This document shows positions 10,270 through 22,169 of a DNA stretch of 64,000 nucleotides, in pieces; position 1 is the first letter of the stretch; each line of letters starts with the position of its first letter. Position numbers and translations under genes: made by a program. The notes under the pieces are model-generated. The model ran no database searches. It was given only the letters and a program-made list of their open reading frames with translations, and was not told the DNA's origin. The stretch covers positions 663,162-727,161 of the forward strand of contig RHPI01003389.1 of the NCBI GenBank assembly GCA_009103225.1, in the 5' to 3' direction. The DNA is from Chlorokybus atmophyticus (lineage: Eukaryota; Plantae; Mesostigma and Chlorokybus algae).

Positions 10270-13055
10270 CTTACCATCATTATATAAATGACGTTTGGCA
10301 TAGCGCGTGACATGTGTCAACAAACTGCGGTTTGTGTTGTTAATGAAACCTTGCAACACACATTTTTCATAATAAGTGCGTGATTAGTTGTTCAAATAAA
10401 TCAAATCAACTTTGCAACGAAAAGTAACCCGTTGAAGAAGTAAATTGAAATAAAACCCTTCAATGCTGTGTACAGGATGGTAATCTGTGAATCTAATGAT
10501 GCGTGGGACAGCTAACTCTAAACGAATGCATTTAGTCTGTCTCTTAAAGTACGCACGGTGTTATGTGGAACAGTATCTCCATCTCGGTGCATGTGTTGTC
10601 AAAAGTAAATGTACATTGTTACTCTTTCTACCTCGTCAGACCTAACACAATCACGATGAATGGGATGCACAATTACTGTCTGTGCACAACGGTTCACTAT
10701 GCGAGAACGATTGTCAGGCAAACGCGTGTCAACATACGTTACATTGCACGAGGATTTGCATGATGGGAATATCCAAACATATTAAAGCAGCTTCAGCTGG
10801 AGCAATGGGTTTGGACATGTACATTGTGTTCAATATGCGCAATTCGTTAACAGTCAATCCTTGCAAACCGAGTGCATTGGTGTTTAATGTATCATTAACA
10901 GTGCCACAAGATTCCATTTTAATTGTGTACTTGACTAAATACTTGCTCCAATGACTGTCAGTGACTTGCAACACATTACAATGAGCACCCCACAACAATA
11001 AAAGCACTAGATGTGTGGGAACAATGTTGCGGTCACAAGTGCGTTGGTCTGTAATAGTCGCGTTCCGGTGTTGAACTGACGTCGACGATCTGGTTGTACG
11101 GGATACGGAAAGCCCATATCGCACTTGTTGTTAAAATGCTCTGCAGCCACTGCCAACATCAGAACACTTGTGCATCTGCTTGCGTACAAAACATTCATAA
11201 AAGACTCGCAGTTTGAAATCAGTTGGTACAATTATTTGCTGATTTGCATAGTCAAAATCTCCGAGGATAAACGCAGTGATCTCATTGCAAACTCGTTCAA
11301 CATCATCGAGGTGTAACCACAACGTAACATGTGCATGCAAAGATCTACGATGTTGTGTTTGTGTCATACCTGGTAACATAGTGCATCACACGTTCACGAA
11401 TGTCCTTTTGCATGATATATTCTTCAAAAAAGGTGCTGAACCGATGATGAAACAAACGTGCGCACTCCAAATGGGCATCGCGCCAACTGAGTTGCGTGGA
11501 GACGTTGTGGAGAACATTCTGCAAAGCAATGATCTCATGGAATTTGGTATTAGACACTTCATTTGTATGCATGGTGCATGGAGCATGGTGACAAAGAGAT
11601 GAGGCATACCCCAATGCTCAACCAGACACAGCAGCTCACTCAACTTTTGTCGATGCCAACTCGGAGATCCAATGATGTCACCAGGGACACGAAATTTTAC
11701 AGCGTTGTTTATGGCATCGTTGATTGTGGTTGTGGGTCGTTGTTTGAGGAACCTTTCAATATCAGCGTCCACAGCAACTTCGCGGCACTTTTTGACTGTG
11801 AGAAGTGATTAACGAATCTGGTACATCAACAGCAAATAAGGTTTATACAATGTGAAAACCGAGAACGATTGTGTGAGACGGAACTTGACATAATCTGACA
11901 GTCTGATATACACGTTACCATTAAAGAACCCACAATTGTGCGGAAACAACATGGGAAACAGAGCAGACTCAAAAGTTAAACCTGGAATGTTGTACGCACC
12001 ACCGGTATCCATGTGTATAAAAAGAGGAACACAAGGCTCACGCAGCGACATATGTCCAACGCACAACATGGTGTCCACTGTGACTTCAACTGTGCTGCGC
12101 GAAGGAAGTGGCAACAAAGTGGTTAAAACGTATATGTATGCTGATTCACCAGCAATGTTCAAACGATTACGATCCTGTGCACAAGACACAATGCTACGAA
12201 TAGTAGATGAACCAACAGTGGGAATGCCGTCAAAACCAAATGGTTGTTCTGCCAAAGTCTGATATATTTGAACAAGAGTGTTGGACGATAATAGCTCGCT
12301 CAACAACTCTACCAACAAGATGGCATGTTGGTTCTGTTGTGTAAAGTTATCCCAAGTGATAAACGGACCGTTAATCATATTCAACTGCTAAACTTGGCCA
12401 GAAGTGAAACTGTATAAGTTATATAAATCGCGAAGCACCATGGATGTGTTGGCAAGGGACAACATCTGCAGTACCATGGATGTGCCTCTAACAACTTGCG
12501 AATGTACAATGCGCTGTGTAACACGACGTAACTAGAACGCTCCGACCCGTGACTACATCCATGGCATTAATAGTAATCACTATCACACTTGGTATATTGG
12601 GACATAAAGACTTTAGCCAAATCATATGGTGCAACAGTGGGTACTGATTGTCGCTACATTTGACGATAAGTAGCAGCAGGAGAGTAAAACTGTACATGCC
12701 CGCACAAAGAACAACATTGCATTCGCGTGACAAACTTACTTTGTGCATCTTGCCAACAGGAAGCATATCATCGCAGTTGTCCCACAAATCGCAATGCTAA
12801 GACATATCGTAGTGTTGCTCGTGAGTCACAGCGGATGACGAAACAATACCAACCGGAACATATCAACCGCCCTGGCATTTGTCGCCATTCAAAAGAACCA
12901 CCTCGGCACAGTCCAGCAATTAGGGCGTGCACCAATGCAAAGTCCACTTGCACAAACTCTCTGATGTGTTGCAATATGAAGCACATATGTTGCGATGAAT
13001 ACATATGGTGCAATATGGTGCAATATGGTGAGCAACCTGCGGTTAAGTGTATCAA
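10270..13055 (-). pseudogene. Helitron Rep (HUH endonuclease) region with N-terminal Cys-rich remnants, frameshifted
   Basis: ESALFPMLFPHNCGFF (11809-12384 ORF). IGSPSWHRQKLSELLCLVEHWGMPHLFVT (motif 1, ~11584-11610). QHRRSLHAHVTLW (HUH, ~11314-11355). WGAHCNVLQ...YLVKYTIK (Y2 motif, ~10918-10990). TYYEKCVLQG linker near 10350-10380. Confidence 0.88.
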
Positions 13056-13202
13056 AATTTAATATTCAACGTAACGTTTACGCCACGGTACGTGCTGCGA
13101 TATTCAGCAAGTAATGCCGAGGTTACAACCATTAAAATAATACTAACCTAAATTACCTTAACGTTAAGATTCAACAAAACGAAAAATCGCATCGTTAGGC
13201 CA

Positions 13203-13966
13203 CCATTTGGTCACGCATGGATTGGATCAAAGGGGATCGCAACGGTGTCAACAGCCGTTGCTGAAACAGGCAACGAAGTGGCCAATCATTGCAGAGATGC
13301 ACAAAAGATGCTGAAAACTATCTCGGCGGCAACTGCTCGCCAACGGCAACCCAAATTGGCTAGCAATTTGGTGCAATTGCAGCACAGGTAGTGGTTAAAA
13401 CGGCCGCGTTTTTGGCGGTACGAGGTCGGGACAGGCCCCATACCCCAAAGACATGCCGCCACTACTCACCCTTGTTCTAACTGATCAACTCTACCTTTTA
13501 ATGCTAATTGATTACACGCTATAGTCACTGCGTCATCAAACATGGTCAACAACCGAATAATGCTAACTTAAATGGCTTTAACAAAAAAGTTCAACTAAAC
13601 AAGAATTTGCGTGGTTAAGCCGCCATTTGGTCAAACGTCTGCATGAGAAAATGGCATCACAACGGTGACAGCCGCCATTGCTTAAAGAGCCACGGCAGAT
13701 GCCAATCATTGCATAGATGCGTAAAAATATCTCAGAGGCATCTCGGCGGCAACGACACTGCAACGACTAATTTAAACCAAACATTTTCCGGCGCCAACTT
13801 CATAACAATTAGCGGTTACAATGCGCGCGTTTTTTGTATGAGGTCGAGGCGGGAGCCATACCCCAAACACATGCCGCCATCAATAACCAACGCTCTAACA
13901 GATTTACTCTCTACTATTTACCATTAATTGATTGCACGCTGCAATTGAACGGTATTAAACATGGTC
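13203..13966 (+). repeat. Two diverged tandem copies, 420-bp period
   Basis: ccatttggtca at 13203 and 13623. Shared gccaatcattgca.agatgc, atctcggcggcaac, ccataccccaaa.acatgccgcca and aaacatggtc. Confidence 0.85.
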
Positions 13967-14374
13967 TTCAGTTAAACCACAACTCAATCAGCATAACAAG
14001 CTGGGCGAAGCACCATCAGCATACATTTGGATGCATTGCGAGGTTTGCAATGGAGGCGAGATTTGTACCAAATTGTGTATTATAATGCATGATAGGAAGT
14101 TCCACATTGCTGGGCAATCACTCTTGCTGCAAGAACCTTTCACTTCAATAGTGTGGGTGGTTGCTCCCACCTGAGAGGCAATAATAAAAGCGGTAGGAGC
14201 ATTATGCGCAGCACACAATGCGCTCCAAGGTAGCTGCAAAACAAAAGAATGAATGGTACACACGCTGGGCTCGGTGGAACACTGTCTATAATATCAGACA
14301 CATGTTTCAGTCAAAATTATTATTTCTTGTGAAGCCCTGCAGATGCTTGGATAATAGTCTAGTAATACGTGCAC

Positions 14375-17216
14375 TCACAGTGCATGAAAGGCTGCGACCA
14401 AGACTGCAACAAGCACTGCAAACAGCCCGGTAAGACGAACGGACAGCACTGCAGAGTTGGGGGGTGGTGTGCTTGACGCAGGTGCGGGTGCGGGTGCGAT
14501 TGTGGGTGCCAATGTGGGTGCAAGTGCCGGTGTTGTCAGCTGGCAAGAGAAGACAGGTGTTTGCAGCGGCCCATTTATGCTGGTGCAGTTGCTGGCAGTC
14601 ACAATGTCACTTGTTGAGGCAGGCTGCACAGCATACCAAGTAAGTAAAACACGCAAGTCTCGCATGCGTCCCTCTAAGTCGGCTGACTGTGCTTGTGCTA
14701 TAGCAAATGACAGCTACTCAATATGTGTGTCCACATCTGTGATTGCACGCAACAGATGAATGCCACACACGGACTGAGGATATGATAGTGACTGATTGCG
14801 GGCCTTGCCCTGTACCTGAGTGGCGTTGCGGAACCACAAGTTGCGGGGAGCGTTAGCAGCGAGGGAGCTGGTAGGGTGCAGGAAGGTGATGAAATTGCCC
14901 AGCACAGCATCGGGTGTGGCAATGGCACCTTCGAACCAGTCAAGCCCTCCGCCAGGGCTGACAAGCCCATCAAAGCGCAGCACGCCCTTGTTCCGAATGA
15001 ACTTCAATGGCGAATCAACTGGGAAGCCATACACCGCGAGGAAGTCGCTGAAAGTGTGGTTGGTGGGGGTGAAATCATACGACTCATCGACAACAAAGTC
15101 CACGTCCGCAACCGCAGCCTCAAACTCTGCGCGAGTGTTGTACTGCACAGTTGTGTCAAACTCTGCGGGCGCCTGGATGCTCCGCCCGCCGGCACTTGTG
15201 ATTAAGTCCACCTTGTATGCTGCATAGCTGATGCAGTAGGGGTTGGTTGGATTGACAAAACAGCCACCGATGAATGCAACCGCAGGCACCGAGTTAGTGG
15301 CCTTTGCCTGAGCGCTGTAACAAGCATATCTGGCTGCAACCTGAGACAACAAAGTTTGCCATCAAGGTGTGCATGCACCAAACAATGCAACCCCTACCCG
15401 TTTGCCTCTCAGGTGCATGTTTGCTGATAACTAGGCAGCAACCTACCGCATTAAAGTACTGTGTCGCCTCATACTCCTTATTAAAAAACAGGGACAAAAA
15501 CTTGACCCATTCCGCACGTTGCAGCATGCCCTTATCGGTAGTGGTGTCAAAGTCCACATTCTTCGGATTGGTGTCGGGCACATTGGATGTGTAGTTCTCC
15601 AGCAGGAAGCTAGAGGTGTAGGAATCCAAGATAAGCATCCCAACCTGCAACAAGTCGAATGCACTCAAGCCCCACATGCGTTCAGCATGTTCCGCGACTG
15701 CAGTACAAAGTTCATCCACTAATAGTAAGAGTTACGCGTGATAAGAAAGTGACAAGTCGACCAGTCCAGTGCAGTGTGTTTGATTAGGTGGAAGTTAGAT
15801 AGACAAACAGCGCTTGATCCTATGCAGGCTGCACAACTCGCCCGTCTTTCTGACGCCAGCTTCTGACCTGTGCCATCTGGGCTTCATGCTCAGTCTGGTT
15901 TAGCCAACCAATGTAGCTCCCATTCTGAAATGTGCCATTGCTGGTGACTGGAGAGAGCTCCCTGATCTGACCACTTGCGTAGAGCGACTGCACACAGGGC
16001 GAGGAGACATAGCTGCTGCTGCCGATGAACTTCAGCCGGTCCCTCAAACCAAGAACCTGCGCACGCATGTCAGCTCGCTCGTTGTATGCGCGTGCATCGC
16101 ATCACTACGGTTAACAATGAATGCTGCATTGCTTACCTCCAAGAATGTGACTGTTGGCACCGGACAATGGCAGCAGACACAAACAGAATTAGCGGCGTGA
16201 GGAACTGGCATTACAGTAAGCGCATGCAGGCCAAAAGCTGTTGTATGAGAGAGGACAAAGAGGGGGGGGGGGGGGGGGGGGTACACATTAGTGCCCCGTT
16301 GGCTTGTAGACCTCAGCACACTGCAACGGTCCATATGCTCACTTGATATCGTCTCAGTGGTGGCAATGGCCTGAATTGGGACGGCCAAGTACTTGGCGTT
16401 CGGGTACAGGGTTGTCGCAGGGGCAGGCGTGCCACACTGCAGAACATATTGTCAAACAGATTTACTGTTTGGCATCTGGTGCACTGACAAGTGTCAGCTT
16501 GCATACAAGTTGCAGCAACACGTCCCGATTGCAGCATAGCGTACAGAAGCACAGAAATCTGCGGTAAGTACAGGTCAGACAACTCCCACAATGCCACTTG
16601 CCTGATACAGAATGAATTCCTCGTTGCTTTTGTTGTTGAGCACGCGCTTGTAGTTTGCAAAGTACTGCACGCTGAAGTCCCTGGCAACCGTCACGACCGA
16701 CTGGGTTCCGTCACTGCCAACAGCATGCCGAGTCATGAAGGAGACTCAACACAGCGCTTAAACATGAAGCCGTTTCGCAGCAAGCAACGATTGGAGAGAG
16801 CGCAAGTGCAATGGCATTACAATGCTAAGCTCCAATGCTAAGCATGCGCCCAAACTTAGCAGTCAAGCAAGCATGGACAGCAGCCTGCATGCCATGCGAG
16901 AAGGAGAGTTGAAGATAAGGTAGTGGCAAACACCACTTGCATTGTGGGACCAGTATTAGCAGCGGCTTGAGACCAAACAACACTGTAACTGCCACAGAAA
17001 GAATAAGTTTCAATGGTGTGTGGTGTGTGCTGTCGACCATGCAGCTGACCTGCCATCGCTGACGAGTCGGTTGGGCGACAGGTATATATTGGAACCGTCG
17101 TAGGTCTGCACGCATGAGTTCACGTCAAATTGCGCAGCAGCCTGCGCCAGCAAGCACGCCGCCAGCAGCGCCGCCAGCAGCATTGCGGTAGACCTTCCCG
17201 GCGCCGCCGCCGCCAT
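14375..17216 (-). CDS. CBA1: CBA1-like (cobalamin acquisition protein 1-like) secreted periplasmic-binding-fold protein, ~515 aa
   Basis: Hand-spliced, phase-consistent exons 17216-17050, 16713-16602, 16436-16343, 16150-16137, 16056-15868, 15644-15447, 15340-14816, 14623-14375 (1548 nt). Signal peptide, DFSVQYFANYK, ILYQCGTP, MLQRAEWVKFLSLFFNKE, GGLDWFEGAIATPDAVL..FLHP, Pro/Ala/Thr stalk and hydrophobic C-terminal tail. The fold is well supported; orthology to CBA1 is inferred. Confidence 0.75.
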
Positions 17217-17953
17217 GCTGAACCTGATTAGAGGATGGCACAAGTGCCGCCTCAGTTCTATAACAGTGCTGTTGCTGAAAACGGGTTTTGACATTGATAT
17301 CCTTCCAGTCTAGGGAGGTGTAAATCACTACAAAGGACTTTTATTACGTTTTGTAACACATGCAGTCTTGCGCGGCAGGGACGGAGCCGCGTGTGTGGCA
17401 GCCGTACAAGTGCCACCTGTTGGCCTAAATGACCGAGCAACAAACCCCGCCAGTCCGTGTGCCCGAGCAGCTTCCATGGGCAAACGATTAACTCAGGAAA
17501 GTCTACGTTATCGGCGCCTGTGTCTACGTCGTCGCAGAGTGACAAGTCTTGATGCGACGATGCCGGCAAGGGCGGACTCGTCTTCGTCCGTCGACGTGGA
17601 CACACGAAGACCATTTTCTAATGACGGCGTGTGTCGATGTCGACGTGTGGGTGCATTGTTTCGCTCAAGTTTTGGTTTGCTCTGTGTTCCCGCCGGCATT
17701 CATTTGCCGGCAAAAAATACATTGTTCCGGTCATTTCCCGACCGCACTGCACTGGCACACCTTTAGAGAATCACACAACCCACGCAGCGACGTCGACGAG
17801 CGCGGACGATTTCCGCCATGCCTACGTGCGTCGCCGTCGATGCACAGCGACGGCCTACGCGGGAAGGTATCGTCATAAGGAGACAGTCGCTCTCAGTCGA
17901 CATCGCTACAGTCCCATAGTCCAAGCACAACAAAACGTAGACAAAATGAGTTA

Positions 17954-18340
17954 GGGTAAGGTGCCCTAACTTCGGACACTTTTCACTCGTAGCATCTACT
18001 GAACAGCCCACGGCGAGTTTGACGGTGCTGTCAACGCAGCATTGTAGGTCTTGAAATGCCCTATTTCTTGATAAGTTTAGTGAAACTATTCATGGTGTCT
18101 GCCGGCATATATGACTGGCACAAATCGGCTGCCCCACACCCGGACATTCTCCGTACGCGTCTCCATTTCGGACAAGCGATGCCCAGCTGTTATCAATTCT
18201 GCGTTATACAGTGCGCGACCCTCGAGTGTCACTGGGTTCTCATTTTTTTAGTACGACGGCGACACTCAGAGTGTCGCGCACTGCAGCTGGCACGGTCGGG
18301 CGCGGCGGGGCAGACTGTCCGAAATTAGGGCACCTTACCC
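17954..18340. mobile_element. 387-bp MITE with 25-bp TIRs and TA target duplication, related to the pogo element at 41939-46864
   Basis: TA|GGGTAAGGTGCCCTAACTTCGGACA ... TGTCCGAAATTAGGGCACCTTACCC|TA, with one mismatch. Confidence 0.92.
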
Positions 18341-18570
18341 TAATAGGAACCCCTCGGGCACACGGACTGCCGCGCACATGCAACAAGGGACTCCAGTTCT
18401 GTGCAACGACTTCGTAAGTAGGCCTAACGAGCCTTTACTAGCTAAAGCAAAGTATTTTGTATCTCCACTGGTAGGTGCTCGTACGACATGTACTGTACAT
18501 AATGTACCACAAATGGTGGGTGTGACAAGCCATCAACACTACATGACATTATCCATCCAATTTGTGGGTA

Positions 18571-21151
18571 CAGTCTAACCACGATAAGTCGTCATCGATA
18601 AGTGCATTTTTTACAAGGCCCATACTCTCGGGCACCTATGCACTTATCGAGGTAGATTAGGGCTGTTTTGTAGGAAAATTAGGGTTTGCGTGTCCGCCGC
18701 CAGCTACACCGCCGTGGTGACGTGAGGTCTGGTTGTGTGCTCTGTGCAGCAGGAGTGGTGACAGTAAGGTAAGACAGTCAGTATAGGGTGTGCTGGCTTT
18801 CATGCACAGTGCCTCCACATGGCTTCACTATCCAGCTGTGCGACACTCGTGTATGAGATTGTTACCAAGTGCTAGTTGTACGTGTGTAAATGGCTACCAT
18901 AGAGAAAGAGGTCAAGCGTAAAACGCTCAATCTAGCTGATAAGAAGCGCATCGCAGACCTATGCAAGGAGCATGCAGTTGCCAAGCAGGCAGAGAAGATT
19001 CAGTAAATTAAGCATAAGTTAGGGATTGACATCATGCAATCCGCATGGTCTCGGCTGTTCAAATTGCACAAACTGTAGTAGAAGGAGGCAACTTTGTGAA
19101 AGATGTTAAGAGACTCCGGGCAGCACAGCACCCTCTGTTGGAAGCAGCACTCTGCGAGTGGTTTAGTGTTGTCACTGTTGCAAACTCCCCTCTGACGAAT
19201 GCACTGTTAAAGGCCCAAGCCATGAAGTTTCACAATCTGATGAAGTTGCCAGAGTCCTTCAAGGTATCCACTGGCTGGTTGTACAGCTTCAAGCACCGTC
19301 GCGCCACCCGCTCGTTTGCACTGCATGGTGAAGCAGACGCAGAGACTGTAGGTATAAAAGCAACTCGCTGCGAGTTACCCGTCTTGTTTGCTGAATATTC
19401 TGCTGATGATGTGTTCAGCATGGATGAGACTAGGTTGTTTTATGGAGGGCGCCGCAGTTGGACTGTGGGGCTGACGGGAGCTCATGTTAAGGGTTTCAAG
19501 AAGCAGAAGGCTTGCTGCACACTTGCTTTGTGTAGCAATGCAAGTGGCATAGAGAAGCGGCCTCTGTTCATTGACACTGTAATGAAGCCACGGTGCTTTG
19601 GCCGTTGGACTCCCATTCAGATTTGGGTTGCGAATGAGCACGACAACACATCATGGATGACTCGCAGCTGCCATTTGCATTGTGCAAGTTATGCGATTGC
19701 TGGATTAAGCTAATGCCCTTGCTGACATGTTTTTTGCCGATGGCTTACGCAATTCAACTTTGATATGAAGTGCAAAAGCGCAAGGTCCTCTTGCTGCTCG
19801 ACAAACTCTGGTACGCATATTTGCTTGCATGCTACAGAAGTACAAATCAACACTTTTAAGGGACTGAAGTTGTTCAACGTTATTGCATTGTTTCTTCCTG
19901 CAACACAACATATGTCATTCAACCAATGGACGCAGGAAGCATTGCAGCCTTCAAAGCCAGGTATGCCGCTGCGCGTGTGTGCGTGTTAGTGCGTGCATCT
20001 GCGTGTGAGTTTTACGTCTTGTTGCCACGTACAAGCAGAAGTTGGTGATGCACCTGCTGGATTGATATGAAGCAAAAGTAGTTGCAGACATCAGCAAAAT
20101 CAAAGTTGATGTGCGTAATGCCATCATCTAACGCAAAGCACCATGGATGGAAATTGAAGACACTTTCATTCGCGACCACTGGCGAAAGAGAATCTGCCCA
20201 GGTGAGTGGTTTGTAAAGGCGGCATTAACAGCCTCCAATGAAACTACAATCCAAGCCACAGCTCAGTTGGAAGCTATGCTTCCACGCTTACCTATCCCAT
20301 CAGCTGACTTGCCAACAGCAAATGACTTTGTGGTGGCGGATGATCACTTAGCTACACATGCTGCGCACAGCAACGAGGACATCCTTGTTGCGGTTGGGGC
20401 ACCGGTGGAGGCTACCATCGACTTGTTGGATGGTATGTAGGTAAAGCGAGTGCATAGATACAATGCAACATGATAATTATTTGAACAAGTGTGTTGTGCA
20501 GATGATGGCATAGATTTTTACGAGGATGACCCCGTGCGTGTGACAATGCGAGATGCCATTGAGGGCCTCGACAATGCGGACAAGTACATGGTTGGAGAGA
20601 ACGGTGAGGAGTTTACGGAGGTGGAGCAGATGATGATTCGCAACTTAATCACCAAGATGACCCGCTTGCGACTTTTCGATCACACAGTGCACCAGACACG
20701 CATGACACACGTCATGCAGTATAGAGATGCTGATGTGGACACTGATGCTACTAATTGTAGTGACATGCATGTAGATAGTTAGGCAGGTCCTAACACAGCT
20801 CATATTGTGATTAATGAGTAGACATATATGAGTACCTGCCTACTTTGAATGCTAACATAAGCTTTACCTATAAGTTGACACTCGCAGCTTTGATTATATG
20901 TACTATGCCGTTGTGCACACTCATATGTGTGCTGTAGATGCGCATCATTACATACAACCTCGTGGATTCATATAATTATAAAACTTAGGAATTGAAGCAT
21001 ACAGCCTAAATGCTTGCTTGATAGGTGCATAATGTATGCATTTACATTGAGTGCATGTGCATCTTTTATGCACTTAGCAATAGTGACATAAACTTGATAA
21101 GTGCATAAGAAAGCTCGTTCCCGATGGTATGCACTTATCGAGATTAGTCTA
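18571..21151 (+). mobile_element. Degenerate Tigger-like (pogo/CENP-B) DNA transposon
   Basis: Left end TA|CAGTCTAACCACGATAAGTC. The imperfect inverted counterpart cacttatcgagattagtcta ends at ~21151. Inverted pairs of (T)ATGCACTTATCG at both ends. Confidence 0.7.
18891..20782 (+). pseudogene. Tigger/Jerky-like DDE_1 transposase pseudogene
   Basis: KRKTLNLADKKRI (HTH), HPLLEAALCEWF and FKVSTGWLYSFKHR (CENP-B HTH), VFSMDETRLFY, VLLLLD(N) and frameshifted TTYVIQPMDAGSIAAFKARY. In-frame stops, e.g. TAA at 19004-19006. Confidence 0.9.
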
Positions 21152-21187
21152 TCATACAAAACCTTTTCGGTATACCGTATACCGAAT

Positions 21188-21210
21188 NNNNNNNNNNNNN
21201 NNNNNNNNNN
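21188..21210. other. Assembly gap (N run); further Ns at 24334-24397, 26116 and 47256
   Basis: Runs of n in the sequence. Confidence 0.97.
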
Positions 21211-22169
21211 CCAATTCAACACCCCCTCCTACGAGACGCCCTAGATCTGAGTGAATTAGAGTGCATTAAGCGCCCAGATCGCAGCGCAGAATGAATTCAC
21301 TTATTCATTTTCTGTTCACTCGAGTGATTATTCTTGTTCATTTAGAGTGACCACAATCGTATTGGCTTTTGTCGGCTGCTGTAGCCAAAACTACAGCTAC
21401 TGTGCTGCTAACATTAGCGGTGCAAATAAATAAATAAATAATGTGGCCGTTGCTGCTGCAGCGGCTGCTTGACGCTGGCACTGCAGGCTGCTATGGCGGA
21501 GGCGGCGGTAGCATGGGTAAATTAACTTTTGCTTTGGTAATCACGTGATTTTCAGGCTGCGCGGCCTGCTGGGTCTGGGCGTGGGCGTCTTTGCATGGAC
21601 GCCCTTAACCTCCTCATACCTTGATCCCAAGTTCAACCTTTGAGTGACCGCCCTTGCCTTCATTTCAATCCACTTCCTGGCATCTATGTAAACTATTACA
21701 GCTGTTGTTGTTGTTATTGTCATTGCTATTGTATGCGATTATGCCACAAAATGTCTGATTATGAATATTAAACCCTGAAAATTTCCACCTAAACTGAATT
21801 CCTGCCTTTATGGTTCCTGTTGCGTCATAGTTGAGCAGCCTAGTTGCGATAACAAGCAGAGCATTTGATGTAAGTTTGCATGAGCATACATCTGCACGCA
21901 CGCACGCACGCACATTCACACACTGAGCTGCTACATACACATGCACTTCAGTGACATACAAACTCATGCATGCACGCAACCGCATGCAAGCAAGCAAGCG
22001 TGCCTACACGCAGGCAGCCGATGCACTTACAAGCACAAGACAATAAACATGCGCAAACGACACAGCAGTATGCATGCTGACAGAGACACAGACACATGCA
22101 CGCTTACCTACACACAACCAGGGGATCCCTCCCCCCNCCCTCTCTCTCTCTCTCTCTCCCTCTCTCTCT

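Larger units (their letters stand above)
7537..13055 (-). mobile_element. Degenerate autonomous Helitron (RepHel); termini not identified
   Basis: Rep then PIF1 on the same strand. Removing the two extra 611-bp copies leaves ~4.3 kb, a typical RepHel size. No convincing 5'-TC or 3' hairpin-CTRR was found. Confidence 0.85.
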
